A stretch of 64,000 nucleotides of DNA, from NCBI GenBank assembly GCA_038087875.1, contig CM075993.1, positions 1,924,001 to 1,988,000 on the forward strand, given 5' to 3'. The stretch comes from Malacoraja senta (lineage: Eukaryota). A program made the position numbers and the translations under genes. The notes under the pieces are model-generated. The model did not search any database, had not been told where the DNA came from, and saw nothing but the letters and a program-made list of their open reading frames with translations. Below are positions 12,419 through 23,869 of the stretch, one piece after another. The first letter of the stretch is position 1. Each line of letters opens with the position of its first letter.

Positions 12419-12906
12419 TGGGCCTGTCCCACTGTACGAGTTTACCCAAGAGCTCTCCCGAGTTAAAAAAAAACACAACTTGTAGAAACACGTAGAATGT
12501 ACGTAGCGGGTACGTCGGAGCTCGGGCGCCTCTTAGCGGCTCGTAACGCTAACGGCAGGTACTCGGGAAACGCGGTAAGCTCGGGAAGACTCGTGAAGAT
12601 GTTTCAACATGTTGAAAAATGTCCACGAGGGCCCCGAGTGGCTATTATCGTAATTCTCCGAGTTCGAATCAGGGGAAATTCGGGAGAACTCTTGAATTAA
12701 CTCATACAGTGGGACAGCCCGCTAACGGCAGATACTCAGGAAAACGCGGTAAGCTCGGGAAGACTCGTGAAGATTTTTCAACATGTTGAAAAATGTCCAC
12801 GAGAGCCCCGAGTACCGACGAGCGGCCATTACCGTAAATCTCCGAGTTCGAATCAGGGGAAACTCGGGAGAACTCTTGAATTAACTCGTACAGTGGGACA
12901 GCCCCC
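12419..12906. mobile_element. PIF/Harbinger-type MITE (family B) with duplicated right half
   Basis: Left TIR at 12419, two right TIRs ending at 12720 and 12906, outer TAA TSD at 12416-12418 and 12907-12909. Confidence 0.85.
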
Positions 12907-14095
12907 TAACTCTACATTTGTTATTTATCATTTTTATTTAACAGTTCACATCGTAACTTTACAAAGATAAATCAATTGTAAAATAAAATGATCAGCAAGG
13001 TTATCATTACCTTTATTCCGTGGAAAACTTGCCATTGTTGTGATGTCATTAGGAGGCAGCCTGTTCCCAGAGTCCTCGCTGCATAGCGACCATGAATCAA
13101 AGCTCGTGATTGAGGTCGGACGCCAATTGACCAATGTCAAGCGTCCATTGATTGGACGATTACTACTCGGAAAATTGGAGTTTTTTCTCATATTTTACAA
13201 ATATCTGCTGGTTTTGTTCTCGACGAGTTTCAGGGATGATTTCTATAATATTTTTACACAATATGTTAAAAGTTCAGGTAGTTGCGTGATTTGGGTCACG
13301 AACTTGAACGAAAAAGCTCCGCGGCCCACAACGATGAACAGTTCATTCTCTCCGAATGAAATCTATCCATACCAAAGATAGACACAAGTTGCTGGAGTAA
13401 CTCAGCAGGACCAGCAGCATCTCTGGAGAGAGGGAATAGGTGAGGCTTCAGGTCGAGACCCTTCTTCAATTCAGTCTGATTGATGATATCAATGCCAGTA
13501 ATTCAGCTGGAGTCTGATTGATCATTTGTATTGATCATTGTATCTTATTTATAGAACTTGTGGGTTTAATTGACAATAAACGCCCTTTATTCTGATTGCC
13601 TGCACCACTTTGACAGCTGTGATTTATTACCCAGTGGTAATGAAGTTGAGAATAAACAAGTTCCTCCTGCAAGCACTTTAACTGAAACAGACACAAAAAA
13701 CTGGAGTAACTCAGCGGGACAGGCAGCATCTCTGGAGAGAAGGAATGGGTGGCGTTTCGGGTCGAGACCCTTCTTCAGACTGGACAGAATCACATGGCCT
13801 GATCTCACACCACTAATTAGGTCCTTGCTATCAAGCCATTTACCACCGCACCTTTCCATTTATTGTCATCAGCAGCAGAATATATCCAGTTGGCCTTTCC
13901 ATTTGACATGTTTGCAACATGACCTTGTGAATAATGGGACAATTGAATTTAATACATCGATTCACACTGAGGTTGGCAGTGACAAGCCCACACTAAGTGC
14001 ATTGAAAATTACAGGTTAGTTCAGCCAACATTAGAGAACTGTTACTCATTGAGGAGTTTGCTATTTTTAAAAGGCTTCCACCCTCAGTCTAGATG

Positions 14096-14102
14096 TGTGT
14101 GT

Positions 14103-14133
<31 letters not shown>
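14096..14133. repeat. (GT)n(CT)n microsatellite
   Basis: Direct inspection. Confidence 0.9.
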
Positions 14134-14136
<3 letters not shown>

Positions 14137-14814
14137 CTCAAGAGAGAGTTAGATTTAGTTCTCAGGGCTAACAGAATCAAGGGATATGGGGAGAAAGCAG
14201 GAACGGGGTACTGATTTTGGATGATCAACCATGCTCATATTGAATGGCGGTGCTGGCTGGAAGGGCCGAACGGCCTACTCCTGCACCTATTTTCCATGTT
14301 TCTATGTTTCACGCCGTGTCCTTTTGAAGCAGGATTCAAAGACTGTCAGGTGCTGGATGGGAGCTTTGGTACATTTTGACTTTGACTTGGCCTTTGTCTA
14401 CAGATGTATGTGTTCGGTCACAGTGATCTTCTCCCTACTGGACAACAATGGACAACATCACCAAGGTAGACAAAAGTGCTGGCGAAACTCAGCGGGTGCA
14501 GCAGCATCTATGGAGCGAAGGAAATAGGCAACGTTTCGGGACGAAACGCTTTCTCTAGCACTTTTGTCTACCTTCGATTTTCCAGCATCTGCAGTTCCTT
14601 CTTAAACATCACCATGGTGTTGCTTTGGGCGTCATTCCCGCGGTGGCGCAGGGGGACAGCCGCTGCCTCACAGCGCCAGAGACCAGGGTTCGATCCTGAC
14701 CTCGGCCGCTGTCTGTGTGCAGTTTACATGTTCTCAATTTGGAAGGGCTTTTTGGAGTTAACTTTATTCAGGGGGACGTGGAATGTTGGAGGATAAAACT
14801 CTTTGTGCTGGAGA

Positions 14815-15095
14815 GAAGGGTCTCGACCCAAAACGTCACCCATTCCTTCTCTCCATAGATGCTGCCTGTCCTGCTGACTTACTCAGTCTGAAGAAGGGTC
14901 TCGACCCGAAACGCCACCCATTCCTTCTCTCCATAGATGCTGCCTGTCCTGCTGACTTACTCAGTCTGAAGAAGGGTCTCGACCCGAAACGCCACCCATT
15001 CCTTCTCTCCAGAGATGCTGCCTGTCCCACTGACTTACTCCAGCATTTTGTGTCTATCTTTGGTGTAAACCAGCATCAGCAGTTCCTTCCTACAC
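14815..15095 (+). mobile_element. Tandem trimer (78-bp period) of the Neptune hammerhead-containing repeat
   Basis: CTGAAGAAGGGTCTCGACCCGAAAC at 14888 and 14966, plus a degenerate first copy at 14815. Confidence 0.8.
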
Positions 15096-15524
15096 TTGAA
15101 CTAAAATGACAGAAATGTCCTAGAAGGCACAGCTAGCCACCAGGAGAACATCCCACATTGAGGATGGGCAGGGTTAAGTTCAGAATTTAGCCTTGCTTTG
15201 ATTTTTGTCATTTCACAGATTTCCCAAACACAGTCCACCCCTCAATTCAACGTCATCTCTTGATCGGTGTCGTTTGCTTCAGGGTGGAGCCCAGGACTAA
15301 AGGATTGGATTAATACACCACGACAGCTGCCTAAACTGACAAAGTGTGCAGGAAGGAATGGCAGATGTTGGTTTAAACCGAAAGGGAAAGGAGAGATATA
15401 GACGGTGATATGGAGAGATATCAAACAAATGAATGAAAGGCGTGTAGGAGAGAACTGCAGATGCTGGTTTAAATCGAAGGCAGCATCTCTGGATTGAAGT
15501 AATGGGTGATGTTTCGGGTCAGGT

Positions 15525-15552
15525 CTGAAGAAGGGTCTCGACCCGAAACGTC
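15525..15552 (+). ncRNA. Minimal hammerhead ribozyme-like core (PLE type)
   Basis: CUGAAGA, stem II GGGUC/GACCC, GAAAC, GUC. Equivalent cores on + at 38328, 41141, 60265 and on - at 33664, 37409, 46615, 48092. Confidence 0.65.
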
Positions 15553-15638
15553 ACCCATTCTTTCAATCCAGAAATGCTACCTGTCCCGCTGAGTTACTCC
15601 AGCGTTTGGAGTCAACGAAAGATATGCGAAAACAGTTA

Positions 15639-15953
15639 TGGGGCTGTCCCACTGTACGAGCTAATTCAGGAGTTCTCCCGAGATTCGAACTCGGAGAATT
15701 ACGGGGGGTAATAGCCGCTCGTAGGTACTCGGGGCTCTCGTGGACATTTTTTCAACATGTTGAAAAATCTTCACGAGTCTTCCCGAGCCTACCGCGTTTC
15801 CCGAGTACCTGCCCTTAGCGTCACGAGCCGCTAAGAGGCGTCCCCGAGCTCCGACCTACCTGCTACGTACATTCTACGTGCTTACCATGAGTTTGATTTG
15901 ATTTTAAACTCGGGAGAGCTCTTGGAATGAACTCGTACAGTGGGACAGCCCCT
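15639..15953. mobile_element. PIF/Harbinger-type MITE (family B)
   Basis: GGGGCTGTCCCACTGTACGAG...CTCGTACAGTGGGACAGCCCC termini with TTA/TAA flanks. Splits a Neptune UTR fragment. Confidence 0.87.
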
Positions 15954-16243
15954 TAACGGTGATAAAGGAAACTGACAAACATGGCAACATTATGCAATGG
16001 CAAGATGAGATCACGTTCATTATGAAGCTGTCCAGAATTAAATTGATTAAATGACTTTCATTCAGTGCTTGCTAATACCGATCTAATCAACGCCAGTTTA
16101 TAGCAGAATTGATTGCCATCTATTCAATGAAACTTGGCTTCAGAGCTTTTTGGGAACATAAACTGATAACAAACTCCCAGCTAACTCATCACATTGCTTG
16201 GCCTGTAATGTTGAAGAATGAACTGCAGATGCTGGAAAAATCG

Positions 16244-16338
16244 AAGGTAGACAAAAATGCTGGAGAAACTCAGCGGGTGAGGCAGCATCTATGATGCTGC
16301 CTCACCCGCTGAGTTTCTCCAGCATTTTTGTCTACCTT
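16244..16338. repeat. Perfect 46-bp inverted repeat (3-nt spacer) of Neptune terminal sequence
   Basis: AAGGTAGACAAAAATGCTGG...GCAGCATC-TAT-GATGCTGC...TTTGTCTACCTT. Confidence 0.92.
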
Positions 16339-16489
16339 GGCCTGCAATGTTGTTGCTTCTCAAGCTGGATTGCTTCGGTTTGGCAATCTTTCATTCCGGA
16401 GGGTATCGAGAGCATTCACAGTACAGTGGACAAACAAATCTAAACCCTGAGTCTTGGAGCCAGAAACGATGGCACCAATTGACAGATGA

Positions 16490-16765
16490 AGGGCGGCAGG
16501 GGGTGCAGCTGCTGCCTCACGGCGCCAGAGACGCAGGTTCGATCCTGACTATGTGTGCTGTCTTTGTGCGGAGTTTGCACCTTCGCCCTGTGACCACGTG
16601 GGTTCCCTCCGGGTGCTCCGGTTTCCTCCCACATCTCGTAAGACGTGCGGGGTTTGTAGGTTAATTGGTCTGTGTAAAATTGTCCCTAGTGTGTAGGGAG
16701 TGGGATAACGTTGAACTGGTTGATGTGGACTCAGTGGGTCGAAGGACCTGTTTCCGTGCTGTAAA
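16490..16765 (+). mobile_element. HE1/V-SINE-type SINE
   Basis: GGTTCGATCC B-box, V-type core and CR1-like tail. Confidence 0.82.
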
Positions 16766-17874
16766 ATTCAGTCAATAATCAAAAGAAAACCTTACAAAGG
16801 ATAGTTTACTTTATGTAACGGAGGGGAAGGGGAAACCTAGACAGATAAAAAGATAAAACGATGAGGACGTGATATGGTTTATCATCTTTGGTGTAGATGG
16901 GGCTTGACACAAATTGCAGGAGTAACTCAGCGGGACAGGCAGCATCTCTGGAGAGAAGGAATTGGTGATGCCACAGAAACGTCACCCATTCCTTCTCTCC
17001 AGAGATGCTACCTGTCCCGCTGAGTTGCTCCAGCATTGTGTGTCTGCCTTCGATTTAAACCAGTTCTTTCCGACACATAGTGTGGATGGGACATCTTGGT
17101 CGGCATGAGTAAGTTGGGCCGAAGGGCCTGTTTCCGTGCCCAATGCCTCTACGACGTTAAGTGACATTTCTCTTGAGATCTGGAAGGGCTATTGTTGTTG
17201 GATTATCGAAATGTCTTCACAAAATGTCACCAAAAGTTCATCAATTTAATCTCCATCTCCCAGTAACGAGGAACTGAAATATGAACCGTTTTTTCATCAA
17301 AGCAGGGTTTTTACAGCAACTTATTTCCCATCAGAAGCATTGGCTTGGATGGAGAATGACTTGTCTGAGAGACATCCTACGCTCACCCTAATGTTGTAGA
17401 AAAATAAATGTGACAGACTCCCACACAAATCCTTCCGATAAAAGCAAAAATCACAAAATTCAAAGGCGAGGAATTGACAAGAAAGTAGGGAATTCATCTT
17501 GGAAGATAGTACAATTAACATTGTAACTTCCTATGAGATTGTGTATAATTTTTATATATACATGTGCGTGTTATATATACACATTAAACTTTTTTTTCTC
17601 CCTATTATATCGTTTACACTGTACTATATTTACCTATTGTGTTGTGCTGCAGCAAGTATGAATTTCATTGTTCAATCTGTGGGACAGGACGATCAAACAC
17701 TCTTAACACTTGACTCTTGATTTCAATCCTAATAAAATTGAAACAATATGTGGAATAACAGCATCACGTGTGATTGCTAATTTCCATCCTCCTTGGCAAG
17801 CAGAGCATCTTTTTCATCTTTCCACATTTTCAATTTGTTCTCCAGGAATGTTGCCTAATCTGCTGAGTTTATTT

Positions 17875-18175
17875 CAGTTTAGTTTCGATGAGCAGCGCGG
17901 AAATAGGCGATTCGGCCCACCGTGTCCGCACCGACCAGCGATCCCCGCACGCTAACACTATCTTACACACACGAGGGACGATTTACAAATTAACCCAAGC
18001 CAATTAACCTGCAAACCTGCGCGTGTTTGGAGCGCGGGAGGAAACCGGAGCACCCGGAGAAAACCCACGCAGGTCACGGGGTGAATGTACAAACTCCGTA
18101 CAGAAAACATCCGCAGTCAGGATCGAACCCGGGTCTCTGGCGCTGTGAGGCAGCAACTCTACCGCTGCACCACCC
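17875..18175 (-). mobile_element. HE1/V-SINE-type SINE
   Basis: Reverse-complement full copy. Confidence 0.85.
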
Positions 18176-18229
18176 TCCAGCGTTTTGTATCTACTTTGAG
18201 TACATTTTCAGCCCGACTTATATTTTCAC

Positions 18230-18655
18230 AAAACACAAAGTGCTGGAGTAACTCAGCGGGTCAGGCAGCATCTGTGGAGCGAAGGAAATGGGCAACCTTT
18301 CGGGCCGAAACCCTGAAGGAAATAGGCAACGTTTCGGGCCGAAACCCGGAAGGGTTTCGGGCCGAAACGTTGCCTATTTCCTTCGCTCCATAGATGCTGC
18401 CGGAACATGGATAGGTGACGTTTCCCAGAGTGCTGGAGTAACTCAGCGGGACAGGCAGCATCTGCGGAAGGAATGGATAGGCAACGTTTTTGGTTTGGGA
18501 CTATGATGAATTATTAATATGCTCTCACAAAATGCCATTAAACCATGCAATCCAAAACATTGCCTGTCCATTCCCTCCACAGATGCTGCCTGACCGGCTG
18601 AGTTCCTCCAGCACTTTGTGTTTTGCACCAGATTCCAGCACCTGCAGTTCCTTGT
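18230..18655. mobile_element. Composite palindromic Neptune-terminus repeat
   Basis: Mixed-orientation GGAAATAGGCAACGTTTCGGGCCGAAACCC units. A near-identical reverse-complement composite lies at about 30905-31245. Confidence 0.72.
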
Positions 18656-18685
18656 GTCTCTTATATCTTCACAACATGCGTTGTG

Positions 18686-19010
18686 CGGTCACGGTGGCGC
18701 AGCGGTAGAGTTGCTGCCTTACAGCGATTGCAGCGCCAGAGACCCGGGTGCGATTCCGACTACCGGGTGCTGTCTGCACGGAGTTTGCACGTTCTCCCCG
18801 TGACCTGCGTGGGTTTTCTCCGAGATCTTCGGTTTCCTCCCGCACTCCAAAGACGTGCAGGTTTGTAGATTAATTGGCTTGGTGTACGTGTAAATTGTCC
18901 CTAGTGTGTGTAGGATAGTGTTAGTGTGTGGGGATCGCTGGTCGGCACGAACCCGGTGGGCCGAATGGCCTGTTTCCGCGCTGTATCTCTAAACTAATCC
19001 GAACTAAACA
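18686..19010 (+). mobile_element. HE1/V-SINE-type SINE
   Basis: GGTGGCGCAGCGGTAGAG head, core, and TCTCTAAACTAA tail. Confidence 0.9.
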
Positions 19011-19829
19011 AATTACCTGATAAAATGGAAATCTTTATATATCTCTGATGAACTGATTTTGTGCGATAATGACTATACTAAGCAAGTACATTAAAGTAAC
19101 TTATCTCTTATGTTCTCCGCACCTGATTAATATAACTGGGAGTTGTATGTTAATGTGACTGACTGTGTTTCATTACCATTCAGCAGTGGCTGGGAAACAA
19201 ACTAATCTTCAGAAAGATGAGCAGACGATAGCTATATCCAAACACTGGCTATTATCAAGGTAAAAGCAATTTTAAATATATTATTCTTGTTTCAGAGTTA
19301 ATAAATTCACATAGTGTGAACATGAGAAAATACAGCGAGATTTCCAGCTTCACTACAACTTCCATCTGTTACACCTCATGACTGTTGTAAGTAGCTGAGA
19401 CTTACTTTGGCGTAGAATTTATATACAACATCATTGCACGTTACAGGAGGAATTACCCAGCAGTTCATTGAAAGAGTTTTTTAGTTTAGTTTAGAGATAC
19501 AGCGCGGAAACAGGCCATTCGGCCCACCGAGTCTACGCTGACCAGCGATCCCCGCGCACTAACACTATCCTACACACACTAGGGACAATTTACAATTTTA
19601 CCAAGCCAATTAACCTACAAACCCGCACGTCTTTGGGATGTGGGAGGAAACCAATTTCACAGCCTTTTGGATATTACTCTTATTAAAATAGTGGTGCAGC
19701 AGGTAGAGCTGCTGCCTCACAGCGCCAGAGACCCGGGTTCGATCCTGACCTGGGGTGCTGTCTGTGTGGAGTTTGTATGTTCTCCCCTGTGACCACGTGG
19801 GTTTCTCTCCTCCGGAGAGAAGGAATATT

Positions 19830-20140
19830 GAATTCTCCAACTTCAAGTAACCCCGACATTCCCTCTCTCTCTATCCCTCCCCCACCCAAGTGACACCAGC
19901 TTCTCGTTCTCACCCAACAAACAGCTAACAACGGCCTGTTTCCTTTATCATCGTTACTTTTCTGTATATCTTTCATTCATTATTCTTTATCTCTCCACAT
20001 CACCGTCTATATCTCTCGTCTCCCTCTCCCCAGACTCTCAGTCTGAAGAAGGGTCTCGACCCCAAACGTCACCCATTCCTTCTCTCCAGAGATGCTGCCT
20101 GTCCCGCTGAGTTACTCCAGCTTTTTGTGTCTATCTTCTA
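19830..20140 (+). mobile_element. Neptune PLE 3' end (ORF stop, UTR, degenerate hammerhead)
   Basis: ATTGAATTCTCCAACTTCAAGTAA (IEFSNFK stop), then UTR and CTGAAGAAGGGTCTCGACCCCAAACGTC. Confidence 0.75.
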
Positions 20141-22034
20141 ACTGATGTTAATCTTCAGAAACTGAATTTAGGATTGATTCTGTCTTGAAAACTGGACTCC
20201 AAACTTGTGAATAACTTCAAACTTTTTAATTGAGGAACTAAGAAACGTTGCTAAACTTTAGCTGGTAATAAACTATTATCACTGGTTGTGAAAATGGTTT
20301 ATTTTGAGCGTAAAAATGATTAAAATTAAACGCATTTACAAGTTTAATTAAGATGCAAATATATTTAAATGAGGATATGTTGTAATACTTTAAATTACTC
20401 GTGAAATATTTTATGCATAATAATATATTTTCATAACATTTTGTAATTATGCTTGCAACATGGATCTTGCAATTCTAGCATGTGTCATTTCACGGTTATA
20501 GTTACAGGAAATTATTGTCAAACTTTGGACTTGAGACAGGTTTGAGTCATTTACAAGTCTCTAATCCAGTATTTCCAGAGCTCCAAAATTTATCCTAACC
20601 ATTTTTTTCTGACTGGCGTTAAACTAGTTTCACTGTTTGTATCCAATCGTTATCACCTTTCTCACAGCCAACAATGGACCATTGTGGACAGGCAGCATCT
20701 CTGGAGAGAAGGAATGGGTGACATTTCGGGTCGAGACCCTTCTTCAATCTTCAGTCTGAAGAAGGGTCTCGACCCGAAACCTACATTAATCCGACGCTCT
20801 TCCATTCCATTCTCCCCAATCCCATCAACTCATCGCAGATTCAACCATTCACCCCAAAGGCAGAGGCAATTTGCAGCTGACAAGACAGCAATTCCTATTA
20901 ACAGCCAGATCACACTAGCATTATGTTCATCTAAACAAAGACCATTTCTTTCTGATGAATGAAAATTAAATAAGGAAGGAATATGTATTTGATCTACGGC
21001 ATGCATGTTCACTCCCGATAACAGGACTGTTTGATATATAAACATCTGTCAAGAGGATGGTACACATCCTCTCACAGTACATATATTACACTAAGGCAAC
21101 ACTCTTGTAATTGCACGAGAAAGTAATTTGAACTTTGCATTAGGAAATCGTGAGATAAAGTGACTTCAACGGTTGGATTAAGAAGGAACTGCAGATGCTG
21201 GAAAAATCGAAGGTAAACAAAAATGCTGGAGAAACTCAGCGGGTGAGGCAGCATCTATGGAGCTATGAGTTTCTCCAGCATTTGTGTCTACCAACAGTAG
21301 TTTATTTCAGTTTAGACATACAGCGCAGAGACACCAAATCCATGCCGACTAGTCATCCCCGCACATTAGACAATAGACAATAGGTGCAGGAACAAGGCCA
21401 TTCGGCCCTTCGAGCCAGCACCGCCATTCACTGTGATCATTGCTGATCATCCCCAATCAGTACCCCGTTCCTGCCTTCTCCCCATGTCCCCTGACTCCGT
21501 TATCTTCAAGAGCTCTATCTAACAATAATTAACACGACCCTACACACACTAGGGACATTTTTTAACAACATTTATACCAAACCAATTAACCTACAAACCG
21601 CTAAATCTAACTCTCTCTTGGAAACATCCAGTGAAGTCACATCCACTGCCCTCTGTGGCAGAGAATCCCATAGATTCACAACTCTCTGGGTGAAAAAGTT
21701 TCCCCTCATCTTATAGGGTGGTGGGCTGAAGGAACTGCTTCCACACTGTTTCTCTAAAGCTAAAATAAAACTTTACATTCCATTTGCTACTGTAGCCTCA
21801 TAGTTAAAATCATCTTACCAAAGCCAGGTGGTTTAAATTTGTTTTTAATTGCAGATAAAATATTACTTGTTCATTCATTGTAGTTTTCGAGCATAGATAT
21901 TACTGCTGGTTGGCTTAGGTTCTATACATCTTCTCAGTTAAAAGGTTAGCTACTACTGTAACGTAGAATGGGGGTCACCCAGCCTTGAGAGTCAATGTTT
22001 GTGTTTGCGGAACTGTTCCGGAGTGTACAAGCCC

Positions 22035-22470
22035 AGCTGGGCTTGTACACTCTGGAGTTTAGAAGGATGAGAGGTTATCTTATTGAAACATATAAGATTG
22101 TTAAGGGCTTGGACACGCTAGAGGCAGGAAACATGTTCCCGATGTTGGGGGAGTCCAGAACCAGGGGCCACACACAGTTTAAGAATAAGGAGTAAGCCAT
22201 TTAGAACGGAGACGAGGAAACATTTTTTCTCACAGAGAGTTGTGAGTCTGTGGAATTCTCTGCCTCAGAGGGCGGTGGAGGCAGGTTCTCTGGATGCTTT
22301 CAAGAGAGAGCTAGATAGGGCTCTTAAAGATAGCGGAGTCAGGGGATATGGGGAGAAGGCAGGAACGGGGTACTGATTGGGGATGATCAGCCATGATCAC
22401 ATTGAATGGCGGTGCTGGCTCGAAGGGCCAAATGGCCTACTCCTGCACCTATTGTCTACTGTCTATTGTC
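22035..22470 (+). mobile_element. CR1 3' fragment
   Basis: LGLYTLEFRRMRGYLIETYKI.. through to a (TATTGTC)n tail. Confidence 0.85.
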
Positions 22471-22479
22471 TCCCCTCCA

Positions 22480-23102
22480 AGACCACCTCCCATGAATCCA
22501 ACTCCCACCCCCAGGACGGAGCCAGCCTTCCTGATGAGTTTGTTGATTCTGTTGCCATCCGCAGCCTTCGCCCTGCTGCCCCAGCACACGGCAGCAAAGA
22601 AGATGGCTCTGGCCACCACCGAATGATAGAACATCTGCAGCATCTGCTGACATTGAAAGAGCGGAGCCTCCTCAGAAACTACAGCCAGCTCTGTCCCTTC
22701 TTATACAGTGCCTCAGCATTCCTGGACCAGTCCAGTTTACTGTCGAGGTAAACTCCAAGGTACTTAGACAATAGACAATAGGTGCAGGAGTAGGCCATTT
22801 GGCCCTTCGAGCCAGCACCGCCATTCAATGTGATCATGGCTGATCATCCCCAATCAGTACCCCGTTCCTGCCTTCTCCCCATATCCCCTGACTCCGCTAT
22901 TTTTAAGAGCCCTATCCAGCTCTCTCTTGAAAGCATCCAGAGAACCTGCCTCCACCGCCCTCTGAGGCAGAGAATTCCACTTGTACTTGTACACCTTGGT
23001 AAACTGCAATCCACACCCTTGATGGAGACAGGGGACAGGGGACAGGGCTGCTCCTCTCCTCCTAAAGTCCACCACTAACTCCTGAGACTTGTCGGTGTTG
23101 AG
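22480..23102 (-). mobile_element. Rex1/Babar RT fragment interrupted by a CR1 end (about 22766-22980)
   Basis: MLQMFYHSVVARAIFFAAVCWGS..RINKLIRKAGSVLG and MVDFRR..YKY on the minus strand. Confidence 0.75.
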
Positions 23103-23169
23103 CTAATTCGGTAATTCAGTATTTACTGTCCTCTTCAGCTTCTTATGAAGAGTCTTGTAGTCATGACTG

Positions 23170-23500
23170 TCGTTCACATCCTCAGCATGTCCCAAAGAAA
23201 AGCACAATGACAATATTCCTTGTGTGGTCACCACCCTCACTTAGTAAAGATTGCCAGCAATTTCCACAGCTCTCACTCCAATGAATTGTAATGACTGGAT
23301 AATCTGTTGTTAGCTGATCTCACTGAGCGATTGGTTCCTCTGTTCCCTGAGCCATGGGATCTATTCTGGCCACCTGAGGGGATAAATATGCTCTCAGTTT
23401 AACAACTCGCTCTCTGCTCTATGTGGTAGCCTAGTTTCTGGAGTGGGACTTAAAACCTACAACTTTCTGACTCGGAGGCGATAGCTTGCTCAGCAAAACA
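23170..23500 (-). mobile_element. Old, diverged DeuSINE (SacSINE1/AmnSINE-like) copy
   Basis: GCCATGGGATCT..CCACCTGAG, CTCAGTTTAAC, and CTGGAGTGGGACTTAAAACC..TTCTGACTCGGAGGCGA resemble the Deu domain and tRNA head from memory of the consensus. Not aligned. Confidence 0.55.
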
Positions 23501-23635
23501 CTAAGCACTTGAAAGAACCCATCTTGGTGTAGTAGACATGATGGGCCGAATGGCCTAATTCTGCTCCTATCACTTATGAACTTTTGAGAATGGGGTTTAG
23601 GGGCAAAAATAGATCGGTCATGACCGAATGGTGGA

Positions 23636-23869
23636 TCTCTTTCTTCTATTTTCTATGTCTCAACTTTCTTTTTTCATTCTTTATTTTTCTTTTTCACACA
23701 CTATATATCTCACATTTTTCTATTTTCCATTATCTAACTTTTTTCTTTTTCTTCTTTATTTCAAATTTTTTTTTAAATAAGAAGCTGTACATAAAAGGTA
23801 TTATGAAAATATGATTGTATACAATTGTACTTACTTCTAATAAAATAAAAATTTAAAAAATTAAAAAAA
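23636..23869 (+). mobile_element. Poly(A)-tailed retro-insertion (likely L1/Tx1-clade 3' UTR)
   Basis: T-rich body, AATAAA plus A-rich tail, perfect 10-bp TSD GAATGGTGGA (23626-23635, 23870-23879) inside a CR1 tail. Confidence 0.72.

Noticed and set aside
13570..14019. 149-aa ORF and many similar ORFs with WSNSAGQAASLERRNG or KKGLDPKRHPFLLS
   Set aside because: Recurring translations of the non-coding Neptune terminal repeat.
18686..18770. tRNA-like A/B boxes suggesting tRNA genes (many copies)
   Set aside because: These are SINE heads, each followed by the V-type core and LINE-like tail, with no complete cloverleaf.
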